The notes beneath the pieces are model-generated. The model saw only the letters and a program-made list of their open reading frames with translations. It had not been told where the DNA came from and searched no databases. Both the position numbers and the translations under genes were made by a program. From the sequence record MK327943.1: a stretch of 64,000 nt of DNA, one strand, 5' to 3'. This document shows positions 18,992-27,332 of this stretch, one piece after another; position 1 is the first letter of the stretch; each line of letters opens with the position of its first letter. Origin of the DNA: Escherichia phage vB_EcoM_G53.

Positions 18992-19519
18992 TTATGCGTG
19001 AACCGTCTTTAAACGTTCTTCAAATTTCCGAAGAGTACTAATACGTTCTGCTTTCTGTTTTGTATAGTTTGCAATACGTTCTGAAGTGAGAGCGTATCGT
19101 TCGTTTACTGTTTCTTTCATGAAGTCAGGGATTTCACGAGAAGCTTTAATTTCATCAAACTTATCGAGTACTGCCTGGTCTTCAGCAATTAAATTTTCGT
19201 ACATCTCGATATCTTTCTTGATGAAGTCGATATCTTCCTGGGTTACTTTGGATAAACGAGATGCTTTATCCTTTTTGTACTGCTCGTTAGTTTCACGAGA
19301 CCAGAATAATGTACGTTTTTTGTTAGTGTTTTTGTAGACTTCCACAATTCCAACTGAATCGATGATAACAATCCAATTCCAGCGAGATTTGAAAATCTGA
19401 CCTCCGTCCACGGTAATCTCGTTACCATAAGCAACGTCATTAAAGAACTTACTTTGTGCTTCAGATTTAAATTTACCGTCGTTATAATTTACCAGGTTGA
19501 AAATATCTTTAGCGTTCAT
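18992..19519 (-). CDS. Hypothetical protein with C-terminal coiled coil (175 aa)
   Basis: ORF with helical charged C-terminal half. Confidence 0.6.
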   Translation of the reverse strand: MNAKDIFNLVNYNDGKFKSEAQSKFFNDVAYGNEITVDGGQIFKSRWNWIVIIDSVGIVEVYKNTNKKRTLFWSRETNEQYKKDKASRLSKVTQEDIDFIKKDIEMYENLIAEDQAVLDKFDEIKASREIPDFMKETVNERYALTSERIANYTKQKAERISTLRKFEERLKTVHA

Positions 19520-19577
19520 GTTTTACCTCCAGTAGTTGATAGGTCTATAATAACATAACCATAGACCTTGTAAACAA

Positions 19578-19865
19578 CTAAAAGAAACTTTTTTCGGTAT
19601 TTTTTCCACTGAACCAAACAGACTTCGGGATTTTTTGTAATTTTTCAGATTTAAGTTTCTCTTCCTGTTCTTTCTTATATACACCCTTGTCGTACTGGAG
19701 CATCTCTATGGCATTCTTTTGCAAACGATCTAAGGTAATTAAGGCTTTAGTTTTTCCTTTCAAGGAAGAGTCCTGGCGAACCTCCTCGCTATATTGCATT
19801 GTAGAACTAACCATACGATGAGCATAGAGTTCGACTGCGGCTTTAATTTTTTGCATAAAATCCAT
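19578..19865 (-). CDS. Hypothetical protein
   Basis: 95 aa; SD AGAGGA upstream of the ATG. Confidence 0.55.
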   Translation of the reverse strand: MDFMQKIKAAVELYAHRMVSSTMQYSEEVRQDSSLKGKTKALITLDRLQKNAIEMLQYDKGVYKKEQEEKLKSEKLQKIPKSVWFSGKNTEKSFF

Positions 19866-20003
19866 AACATATCCTCTTTGATTTGTACATCATTATTTTT
19901 AAATATTTCTATGCCCTCAGTAGGTTCCTGGTGTCCTTCTTTGAGGTAAGCCATATGATTATTCATCTTTATGGCTTTTGTTACCTCAGAACTTCCTATA
20001 AGC

Positions 20004-21005
20004 TTATTTCAGTAAAGTTACTTCAGAGATTTCCTCCCAACCATCTTTATCAGTTGAAATAAAATCTGCTACATAAAGAGCGGTACGTAATGATACATTG
20101 CGAAGACGAGATACATTAGCCTTCATCCAGGACAATGCTTTGTACGTTTCTGCATCCGTCAGGCCACGTTTCTGCATCATGTCAGTAGATAATATTACAT
20201 CTTCAACTCGAACCATAATCTCTTCATTAGAGTGTACTCCAAGGTCGAGATACACTGAACGAGATACTAAAGCTTGAAGGTGTGGAGCAAGTTTCGAACC
20301 CCGTTCTAACTCTTTATCGATATCAACGTTTGTAATGAAAACGATAGTACCTTCAAACTCAAATTCTTTATCAATACCCTTATCCTCGAGATAAGATGAC
20401 GCAGTGCTCCAACAAACTTTGCGTTTATCTCCGGTATCTAATGCTGCTTTAAGAAGGTTCAGGATGTCCATATCTGAGAATACGTCAACGTCATCGATTA
20501 AGAGAACGCTGTCTGCATCACGGTTGAGCCAAAGTTGTTCGTAAAGGCCAATACCAGAGATTTTACCATTAATGCTTTTGTATTTGATGAAACCATTATC
20601 ATTAGCATTATTAAGTGCTTTATCCAGAGAATACGTCTTACCAATACCAGCTGCACCTGAAATAATGAGTGAACGAATTTTGCCATCGATAATACCATTC
20701 GTCATCATGTTCATTACTTTAAAGCGTTTGTTGATACGGGTTTTCATATCTTCAGTGCTTTCAACAACTGCAACTGGTGATGTCTCAACTCCTTCCATTA
20801 CGATGTCTGATTTGAAGACCCATACTCCACGTTCAGAACCATCAATAATAACGAAAATTTTACCATCACCTAAGTGGGAACATTCAGGATTAAGCTTTGC
20901 CGGGAACCAGGTCTTTGTGGCAACATAAGAACCAGAGATTTCGTTATTACGATAGATACCTTTTTTGATTTGAACGTTGAACATTTTATTCTCCAATTTA
21001 CTCAT
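20004..21005 (-). CDS. P-loop NTPase (AAA-like), function unknown
   Basis: 333 aa; Walker A SGAAGIGKT and Walker B-like VLLIDDVD. Confidence 0.65.
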   Translation of the reverse strand: MSKLENKMFNVQIKKGIYRNNEISGSYVATKTWFPAKLNPECSHLGDGKIFVIIDGSERGVWVFKSDIVMEGVETSPVAVVESTEDMKTRINKRFKVMNMMTNGIIDGKIRSLIISGAAGIGKTYSLDKALNNANDNGFIKYKSINGKISGIGLYEQLWLNRDADSVLLIDDVDVFSDMDILNLLKAALDTGDKRKVCWSTASSYLEDKGIDKEFEFEGTIVFITNVDIDKELERGSKLAPHLQALVSRSVYLDLGVHSNEEIMVRVEDVILSTDMMQKRGLTDAETYKALSWMKANVSRLRNVSLRTALYVADFISTDKDGWEEISEVTLLK

Positions 21006-21069
21006 TTCGTTTCGATAGGTCTATAGTATCATATCCTAAAAGCATGTACACTACTTTTTAAAAATATTT

Positions 21070-21098
21070 TAACCCCCTAAAGGGACCCGAAGGTCCCC
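21070..21098 (-). terminator. Terminator-like hairpin GGGACC-loop-GGTCCC
   Basis: Minus-sense hairpin followed by TTTAGGGGGTTAAAATATTTTT, downstream of the 21103-21369 gene. Confidence 0.5.
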
Positions 21099-21102
21099 AA
21101 AT

Positions 21103-21369
21103 TTACTTATCGCACTTAGCAACATAATTAGGCATATCACAGAATACAGAGCGAGTAACTACTCGGCCCTTTGACCATGCTTCAGTTGCTTGTCCGGCCG
21201 TGCTATTAATATAGCTTGATTTGATATTCTCAATACCCTGAGAATGTGATGCATTTACCGAACCGTTGGAAGGCCCAGAAGACTGGTTACCACCAGCTCC
21301 TGTACCTGTGGTAGCACCAACAGAGAATGCCATCATTACTGCGAATAAACCAATTACTAATTTTTTCAT
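21103..21369 (-). CDS. Small secreted protein (signal peptide predicted)
   Basis: 88 aa; MKKLVIGLFAVMMAFSVGA then Gly/Ser/Thr/Asn-rich region and two Cys near the C-terminus. Confidence 0.6.
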   Translation of the reverse strand: MKKLVIGLFAVMMAFSVGATTGTGAGGNQSSGPSNGSVNASHSQGIENIKSSYINSTAGQATEAWSKGRVVTRSVFCDMPNYVAKCDK

Positions 21370-21400
21370 ATTTACCTCAAGTTAAGGGTTATTTATCTAT

Positions 21401-22390
21401 TTATTTATAGTAAGAATTATGATTTTCGAGATAGACTTGCTCAAGGAAATCATCCCAGAAACTCATATCTACTTTTTGTTGCATACCGTTCTTAGCGGCT
21501 TGTTCTGATGCTTGTTCTACCTGGTCAACAATGTCTTCCAGGAATTCTTGTACAGTTTTAAACGTATGTTTACCAAGCTTAACATCGAGAATAAATGGAG
21601 CATCCTGAAGTGGGTAAACCAAGTCACCGGTTTTGTAAATTTCCAATAATTGAAGTCCACCACGACATGCATGGCTCAATGCTTTCCAGTCAATACCTTC
21701 GTTGGCTTCTGCCTTACGAGCACGTTCGCCATAGTTCTCTTCCAGTTTAACCAGGATGGCATTGAACTCTTTATTGGTTAACGTATCTTGGAATTTACGG
21801 TCTAACAGATTATAGAATGTTTGCTTACCTGTTTTCTCGTTTTCGGTTTCAACCCACGAAGCAAATTCACCTACAGGCAGAACATTCTTCATATGTGATA
21901 AACGAATTACTGCACCATTATCAAAGTATCGTCCCCATTCATTAGAACGTTTAAGGGCTTGACGAAGAACAGCCAGTCGAGAACCCTTGACACCGTATTT
22001 AGAAGCTTGCTTACGGACATACCCTAAATAAGATTTCATGTTAGTGGTATAGAAACGAGACCTGTTATCTTGAATATACTTCCATACATCAGGCAAATCA
22101 GATTTAACTACTAGACTTTGTGGAGTGTGAAGCATATCTAATGCGACGGTTTCACCATCCGCAGCTAGTTTAAAGAAATATTTGAGACTATACAACTCAT
22201 GGTCCACGTCGTCTTTTGTGTTCTTAGAAGCCGTGTTGTTAGTGTTCTTGCTCATGTGTTCTTTAACGTTACCGGTCAAGATATCGCGAGCATGAGGGAC
22301 ATAAATTTCTTTAAAATCGACGTCAGAATCAGGAGTAGACGTTCCATAAAGGTGGCTACCAAAGTAAGCCTTAACAATCGTTTTCATCAT
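21401..22390 (-). CDS. Predicted nucleotidyltransferase-fold protein (Pol beta superfamily-like)
   Basis: 329 aa; N-terminal YFGSHLYGTSTPDSDVDFKEIYVP fits the G[GS]x9-13 D-x-[DE] nucleotidyltransferase motif. Confidence 0.55.
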   Translation of the reverse strand: MMKTIVKAYFGSHLYGTSTPDSDVDFKEIYVPHARDILTGNVKEHMSKNTNNTASKNTKDDVDHELYSLKYFFKLAADGETVALDMLHTPQSLVVKSDLPDVWKYIQDNRSRFYTTNMKSYLGYVRKQASKYGVKGSRLAVLRQALKRSNEWGRYFDNGAVIRLSHMKNVLPVGEFASWVETENEKTGKQTFYNLLDRKFQDTLTNKEFNAILVKLEENYGERARKAEANEGIDWKALSHACRGGLQLLEIYKTGDLVYPLQDAPFILDVKLGKHTFKTVQEFLEDIVDQVEQASEQAAKNGMQQKVDMSFWDDFLEQVYLENHNSYYK

Positions 22391-22860
22391 TTAGCCTTAT
22401 ATTCAAGAGTAGGACAGACTTTTTCTTTACGAGCTTTAAGGTATTCACCTATTAATGATTTCTTACGTTCAATAGGCTCAAGTCCATTTTTAATTCGTTC
22501 TTGGTTTTGTGCAATGAGCTCAATTTCTTTATAATATTTTCTGTCGTTATACTTGTCTAACAACCAAGACGGACCAATTACCGCCCCGACAGCAATAAGA
22601 ACCATTACTGATATTGTTAAAATGCCTATACCAATTGAAGCAGGAACTAATGTCCATAAACTACTAAAGACAAAGAATTTAGTTAAAATTTCTTGGCCAA
22701 TGATCGCGGCACCTGCTAAAGTTGCAAATCCAACAATTGAAACAGCTAATACCGGGATAAACGTTTTCCAAAAATAAGCACATAGCGTTTTTGGACGATT
22801 CCACGTACTATTGAACGCGGCATAAATTTTAAAGTGCCAAGAGTTTTCATTGATAATCAT
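22387..22860 (-). CDS. Hypothetical membrane protein
   Basis: 157 aa with two or three hydrophobic helices and a basic C-terminal tail. Confidence 0.55.
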   Translation of the reverse strand: MIINENSWHFKIYAAFNSTWNRPKTLCAYFWKTFIPVLAVSIVGFATLAGAAIIGQEILTKFFVFSSLWTLVPASIGIGILTISVMVLIAVGAVIGPSWLLDKYNDRKYYKEIELIAQNQERIKNGLEPIERKKSLIGEYLKARKEKVCPTLEYKAK

Positions 22861-22869
22861 AATAATTCC

Positions 22870-23400
22870 TTATTTCAAAGTCGGGATAATAGAATCAAGA
22901 TAAGCTTTAAGAGCAACTGCTTCATCTTTGTCTAATGTAATGATATGTTGACGAAGGTCGTCAATTTGATGAATAACTACGACATCACCATCTTCATAAG
23001 AAGGATTAACGCTCAGGACTGTTGTATAGTCAGGGTTGTCCTGATTTGTAATAAAAGCATTACGACATTTAGCCCATTGAAGTTTGGCCTTTTTGACTGT
23101 TTCAGATTCCATGAATTCTTTCACTTTAGTGACGAATGTTTTCCAATTATTAATAGAAAAACATTCGTCTTCAGTTTCGATATTAACCCCACTATAAAGT
23201 CCGTGATAAAAACGAACTTGAAGGTCTTCATCAATGTTAATTACAGATGCATGGCCTGGCGGATTGAGTTTCAAAATCTTGTCTAGTTCCATAGGAAGAA
23301 TAGTAACAGCATCATCTTCTTGCGTCAGAACGTAAGCATAACCGCGTTTTTCAATACATAAATCACCGAACAACTCTGTTGTTTCAATTACAGTTTTCAT
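22870..23400 (-). CDS. Hypothetical acidic protein
   Basis: 176 aa from MKTVIETTELFG; start placed just after the stop of the upstream small ORF. Confidence 0.5.
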   Translation of the reverse strand: MKTVIETTELFGDLCIEKRGYAYVLTQEDDAVTILPMELDKILKLNPPGHASVINIDEDLQVRFYHGLYSGVNIETEDECFSINNWKTFVTKVKEFMESETVKKAKLQWAKCRNAFITNQDNPDYTTVLSVNPSYEDGDVVVIHQIDDLRQHIITLDKDEAVALKAYLDSIIPTLK

Positions 23401-23401
23401 A

Positions 23402-23581
23402 TTATTCACCAATTAAAGTTTCAACAAAATTCACCAAAGCATTCTGGCAAGCGTCAACCTGATTTTCATAAAAATCTCCATTATCATTTACCGCATGATA
23501 AGCTACGTCATTCAAATCTGAATCAGCTTCACGTAAGTCACGGATAAGGTCCATCAATTTATTAGCTTGTTCACGGGTCAT
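23402..23581 (-). CDS. Small acidic hypothetical protein (59 aa)
   Basis: MTREQANKLMDLIRDLREADSDLNDVAYHAVNDNGDFYENQVDACQNALVNFVETLIGE; below the track size cutoff. Confidence 0.4.
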   Translation of the reverse strand: MTREQANKLMDLIRDLREADSDLNDVAYHAVNDNGDFYENQVDACQNALVNFVETLIGE

Positions 23582-23688
23582 TTTACCATACTCGTTTCAA
23601 TAAGATTCACTATGCCGTTTACCATGTTATAGGTAAACATCGGATAATTGTATTGTACTACAACATAAGCGATAAGCAAAAGTTTCAT
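23578..23688 (-). CDS. Small hydrophobic ORF (36 aa)
   Basis: MKLLLIAYVVVQYNYPMFTYNMVNGIVNLIETSMVK with SD GGAGAA; stop overlaps the next start (ATGA). Confidence 0.3.
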   Translation of the reverse strand: MKLLLIAYVVVQYNYPMFTYNMVNGIVNLIETSMVK

Positions 23689-23707
23689 TTTGTTCTCCGT
23701 TTGTTTT

Positions 23708-23746
23708 GATAGGACTACTATAACATAGTCCTACCAAGATGTAAAC
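23708..23746 (-). promoter_or_regulatory. Early promoter / stem-loop cassette (GATAGGACT ... AGTCCTAC inverted repeat around the -10)
   Basis: gataggactactataacatagtcctac...gtaaac; minus-sense -35 GTTTAC and -10 TATAGT. Confidence 0.55.
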
Positions 23747-23952
23747 TACCGATTGTGTTTTAAATGTTGATAAAGTTCTTCAACTTGTTTTGGGTCCAAA
23801 ACAATTAGGTCATTTTCTTGGCGAAGATAAATCCATCCATTATCCCCAGGACCATTTTTACAAAACATCACCACCATATCATCATCTTCAGCGCTTTCAG
23901 GTAAAAGTTCAAGTACACCGTCTTCAGATTTTCCAGTATAATCGTAAAGCAT
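23746..23952 (-). CDS. Hypothetical acidic protein
   Basis: 68 aa from MLYDYTGKSEDGV with SD GAGGA. Confidence 0.45.
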   Translation of the reverse strand: MLYDYTGKSEDGVLELLPESAEDDDMVVMFCKNGPGDNGWIYLRQENDLIVLDPKQVEELYQHLKHNR

Positions 23953-23959
23953 AATATCC

Positions 23960-24139
23960 TCACATAATCTCGTTAACATACATTTGCAATTCGGTGTGGG
24001 CATCGGCCATCTTTTTCATAGCTCTGTTAATGTCGATGTCTCCATCTTCGCAACCATGAGCATTTTCCCAATCAGATACCGCATTAGCGTACTCTTCAAT
24101 CAAAAACATTAACTTAGAAATTTTTTCTTTACGTGACAT
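23960..24139 (-). CDS. Hypothetical protein (59 aa)
   Basis: Start MSRKEKISKLMF with SD GGAGAA; promoter GTTTAC-17-TATAGT just upstream. Confidence 0.45.
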   Translation of the reverse strand: MSRKEKISKLMFLIEEYANAVSDWENAHGCEDGDIDINRAMKKMADAHTELQMYVNEIM

Positions 24140-24205
24140 AACGTTCTCCTCTAGTAAGTAAGGTTTACTATAACACAACCTGAGGAGAAGTAAACTGATA
24201 GATGC

Positions 24206-24234
24206 CAAAAAGCCCCAACCATAAGGAAGGGGCT
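24206..24234 (-). terminator. Rho-independent terminator-like hairpin AGCCCC-12 nt-GGGGCT
   Basis: Minus-sense hairpin followed by TTTTTGG, downstream of the 24241-24543 gene. Confidence 0.55.
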
Positions 24235-24240
24235 AGTAAA

Positions 24241-24543
24241 TTAGATAGATGTAGGCTCTAATTTTATTTTCATGAACTCGGCAAATTGTCTGGCAGTTTT
24301 TATGCCTTGTTCATGACATTCAAATGCATCATCACAGGGACTATTTTTGTAATGCTTTGCCATATACTTATAGAATTTTTCAGAATTCTCGACATTTTGA
24401 ATTTCAAACAAAGTATATACGTTTTTAATCCCTGATTCCATAAAGTTATCAAAATATGGGTCGATATGTGCAGTACCAACGATAGGAGTTGTTGCTGCAA
24501 AAAACCCCAGCATCGCTATGACAGCTATCGCTCTTAAGGCCAT
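24241..24543 (-). CDS. Hypothetical protein with N-terminal signal/membrane helix
   Basis: 100 aa; MALRAIAVIAMLGFFAATTPIVGTA hydrophobic N-terminus. Confidence 0.55.
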   Translation of the reverse strand: MALRAIAVIAMLGFFAATTPIVGTAHIDPYFDNFMESGIKNVYTLFEIQNVENSEKFYKYMAKHYKNSPCDDAFECHEQGIKTARQFAEFMKIKLEPTSI

Positions 24544-24555
24544 ATAGGCCTCCTG

Positions 24556-24768
24556 TTAATTTTGGCCAGTATTTATTTTTCGCCTTTGGACGGCCTTAAC
24601 ATCTGTGAGGTATTTTTCCAGCTTGCGCTTGCGTGTATAATCAGCTTTAGAACCGGTTTGACGGATATCCTCGTTTAAATGAGAAATAGAATGTCCTAAT
24701 TCTCTTCGGATTTCATCTAATTGGGTTACAGTAAGATTACGAAGTTGTCTTTCGTTTAATTGCTGCAT
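24556..24768 (-). CDS. Hypothetical basic protein
   Basis: 70-aa ORF, Arg/Lys-rich. Confidence 0.5.
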   Translation of the reverse strand: MQQLNERQLRNLTVTQLDEIRRELGHSISHLNEDIRQTGSKADYTRKRKLEKYLTDVKAVQRRKINTGQN

Positions 24769-24795
24769 ATATACCTCTTGGTTAGATATTAGTAT

Positions 24796-25377
24796 TTATA
24801 ACAACCCTGTCAAATCATTCCAATGCTTCCGGCATAATGACACATATCTATCGGTATCACCAATTTCAATTTGACTGCCATCTGTAATTGGAAGTCCGTC
24901 TTCCGTGACTCTAGCTACCATTGTGGCCTTTTTACCACAATGACAGACACCTTTAAGTTCAACAAGCTTATCGGCAATAGCCATTAATGCTTGAGAACCT
25001 TCAAATAGATTACCTTTAAAATCTGTTCGTAGTCCATATGCCATTACCGGCACATTGTACACGTCAACAATACGACTAAGTTGATACACCTTTTCAGTAG
25101 TTAAGAACTGAGCTTCGTCAACAAATACACAATGAATATCCTTTTGTGCTGCAGCCCATTTATAAAATTCAAAGATATCCATGTCTTTTGTAATTATATT
25201 GGCATCCTGACGAATACCAATACGAGAGACTATTTCACCTTTTGAATCGCGAGTATCAATAGCCGGTTTAAGAACTAATACACCCATGCCACGTTCTTTA
25301 TAGTTATGTGCGGCAGTAAGTAATGAAGCAGACTTACCAGCGTTCATAGCGGCATAGGTAAAAATTAAACTAGCCAT
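24796..25377 (-). CDS. tk: Thymidine kinase
   Basis: 193 aa; P-loop AAMNAGKSASL, VFVDEAQF Walker B, C-terminal Cys cluster; same length as T4 Tk. Confidence 0.92.
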   Translation of the reverse strand: MASLIFTYAAMNAGKSASLLTAAHNYKERGMGVLVLKPAIDTRDSKGEIVSRIGIRQDANIITKDMDIFEFYKWAAAQKDIHCVFVDEAQFLTTEKVYQLSRIVDVYNVPVMAYGLRTDFKGNLFEGSQALMAIADKLVELKGVCHCGKKATMVARVTEDGLPITDGSQIEIGDTDRYVSLCRKHWNDLTGLL

Positions 25378-25386
25378 AAGAGTCCC

Positions 25387-25569
25387 TTATAGTGAATTCA
25401 CGTAGTCAATGAGTTCTTGTTCTTTCCTGTCAAATGATTCCAACAATGCTTGATATTCTTCGTCTGTTAAAGGAGCATATTCATCGTACGCATTGGTGGC
25501 TGCTTGCTCATCCAATAGGTCATGGATAAGTTCGAACAGTTTAGTTTTCTCTTCTTTAGTCAATTTCAT
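25387..25569 (-). CDS. Hypothetical acidic protein
   Basis: 60-aa ORF. Confidence 0.45.
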   Translation of the reverse strand: MKLTKEEKTKLFELIHDLLDEQAATNAYDEYAPLTDEEYQALLESFDRKEQELIDYVNSL

Positions 25570-25793
25570 TTAGGTTCACCTTCTTTAACGAAATCTGGGT
25601 AAGGGTAAAATCCTGAGTAAAACCCTTCACCTTTATGATTGCTACAACCTTTGTTCGAACAGTAACACCAATAATCAAAATCACAAGCCATTTCGTCATT
25701 GCATAAAGCAAAAACTACAGGCCATTCGCATTTTTCGCATTTAGCACCTGTAAGAATTTTTGTTTGACTCATAGCCATGTCACCTTTAAGCAA
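25566..25793 (-). CDS. Cys-rich small protein
   Basis: 75 aa with 11 Cys (CEKCEW, CNDEMAC, CYCSNKGC); putative metal-binding. Confidence 0.5.
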   Translation of the reverse strand: MLKGDMAMSQTKILTGAKCEKCEWPVVFALCNDEMACDFDYWCYCSNKGCSNHKGEGFYSGFYPYPDFVKEGEPK

Positions 25794-25981
25794 TATTCTT
25801 CTACATGTTGTTTACGGCCTTTCTTATCAATAAAGGTATATTCAACGAATGTTCCGATGTAGTCTTTATCTACATCATGTGGACTATTAATTGGACATTT
25901 GGTACGACAAATGCGTTCCCATTGACGAATAATTACTGCCTTATTCTTTGGGTCATATGGATGTGGATAATGTATATTCAT
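25769..25981 (-). CDS. Hypothetical protein
   Basis: 70 aa from MNIHYPHPYD, adjacent to the macro-domain gene stop. Confidence 0.45.
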   Translation of the reverse strand: MNIHYPHPYDPKNKAVIIRQWERICRTKCPINSPHDVDKDYIGTFVEYTFIDKKGRKQHVEEYCLKVTWL

Positions 25982-26445
25982 AATAACGGTTCCCAATCAA
26001 CAATCACAATTTCTAGTTTAGTAGAATACGTATCTAAAATCTCTTCGATGACATCCCAGTTTCCACCACCAATACCTGCACCAATTCTTGGCATATAAAT
26101 TACAGGCTTTATTATCTTATTCTTTCCGAATTCATTTAATTCTATTATACAATTCATTAAAGCAGAGTACTCAAAATTAGGTCCCGGCTCAAACTGTGTA
26201 TAAAGATTAAAGCAATAAGCTTTATGGGTCTTAAAATATTTTTCATAAACCGAATAAGTCCCGAGTTTAGACTCGTCTCCGAATTCGGTTTGAAGTTTAT
26301 CGGCTTCCAGAATTTTTGGATAAGCCTTTGCTAATTGTCCTGCCACACCCGCGCCCATTGTATGAAAACAATTACACCCATGAGCAATATTATTACCTTT
26401 AGAAAACAGGGCGACAATATCGCCCTTGATATAGTTTTTAATCAC
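25978..26445 (-). CDS. Macro-domain protein (ADP-ribose binding/processing fold)
   Basis: NNIAHGCNCFHTMGAGVAGQLAKAY and PRIGAGIGGGNW resemble the two glycine-rich macro-domain motifs; start probably GTG at 26445 (SD GAGGA), since the track start at 26475 is a TTG. Confidence 0.6.
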   Translation of the reverse strand: MIKNYIKGDIVALFSKGNNIAHGCNCFHTMGAGVAGQLAKAYPKILEADKLQTEFGDESKLGTYSVYEKYFKTHKAYCFNLYTQFEPGPNFEYSALMNCIIELNEFGKNKIIKPVIYMPRIGAGIGGGNWDVIEEILDTYSTKLEIVIVDWEPLL

Positions 26446-26785
26446 TTGCTGCAAGTCCTCTATTATAAGAGTCAACTAGACGGTCCACCATAGAATTGCA
26501 TGCTGCCTTATCTTTAGGTTCCGCCACCGAGCATTCTAATATTTGCCATTTTTTATAGTATCTTTTAATTAAGGTAGACGCCTTGAACCTACTAGACGCC
26601 CCGTCTTTTTCTCCGTCTTTATACGCATATAACAATTTTTGTGAAAAATCTACTTTACACTCTTGACTTTTACCACAGTAATCAGACGCCGTTCTGTTTG
26701 TATACTCCGTTACATCAGTATATGTAGTATTAGCAAGAGCGTTAAATGAAACCAAGCCAACTATTAAAGCCAACATTTTGGTCAT
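26438..26785 (-). CDS. Secreted/periplasmic hypothetical protein (signal peptide predicted)
   Basis: 115 aa; MTKMLALIVGLVSFNALA signal-like N-terminus; four Cys. Confidence 0.55.
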   Translation of the reverse strand: MTKMLALIVGLVSFNALANTTYTDVTEYTNRTASDYCGKSQECKVDFSQKLLYAYKDGEKDGASSRFKASTLIKRYYKKWQILECSVAEPKDKAACNSMVDRLVDSYNRGLAASD

Positions 26786-27324
26786 TCTTTTATTTCCAGT
26801 AGTTTATTTGATTTAAGGTAATTAGCCTTTTCTAGGACTTCAGAAGCATATTTACTTCCGGCACTTGTCTTCCATCCCGCATTATATGAGGATATAGCTT
26901 TTCTTATATCCCCGTTATGTATATTTAACCAATAAGAAAATTCGATATAAGCCCATCTGGCTGAATTAGACCGCTTAGATAGCATTTTCTTAATTTGGGC
27001 ATCAGTCATATTATAACCAAGTTGGTTAATTCTTGCCCTCATTGTTGGTAGATAATTTTGGAACATTCCATACGCATGGTGACCTTTCTTATCTTTAAGA
27101 TTAATACCGGCAGATGATTCCTGCCATAGTATTGCGGCCATTATGTATCCAAGTCCTTTCTTATGCATATTTTCATGCGTTTTAAATTTTCCATCCTTAG
27201 AAAACTGTTCCCCAAACTGATAAGCATAATTCAAGTTATCGAGTTGGACATTACTAAAAGTATGCTCGGAGCTATGTGCTGATAACGAAAGAGCAAATAG
27301 ACCAGCGAGTAGTGCTTTTCTCAT
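26782..27324 (-). CDS. Periplasmic lytic transglycosylase-like protein (SLT domain) with signal peptide
   Basis: 180 aa; MRKALLAGLFALSLSAHS signal peptide; WQESS, YGMFQ and SYNAG resemble the E-S, GLMQ and AYNAG motifs of SLT-family enzymes. Confidence 0.6.
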   Translation of the reverse strand: MRKALLAGLFALSLSAHSSEHTFSNVQLDNLNYAYQFGEQFSKDGKFKTHENMHKKGLGYIMAAILWQESSAGINLKDKKGHHAYGMFQNYLPTMRARINQLGYNMTDAQIKKMLSKRSNSARWAYIEFSYWLNIHNGDIRKAISSYNAGWKTSAGSKYASEVLEKANYLKSNKLLEIKE

Positions 27325-27332
27325 GTTTACCT

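Noticed and set aside
19760-19966. 68-aa minus ORF overlapping the 5' end of the 19578-19865 gene
   Set aside because: Out of frame with a better-supported gene that has an SD; it occupies promoter and leader sequence.
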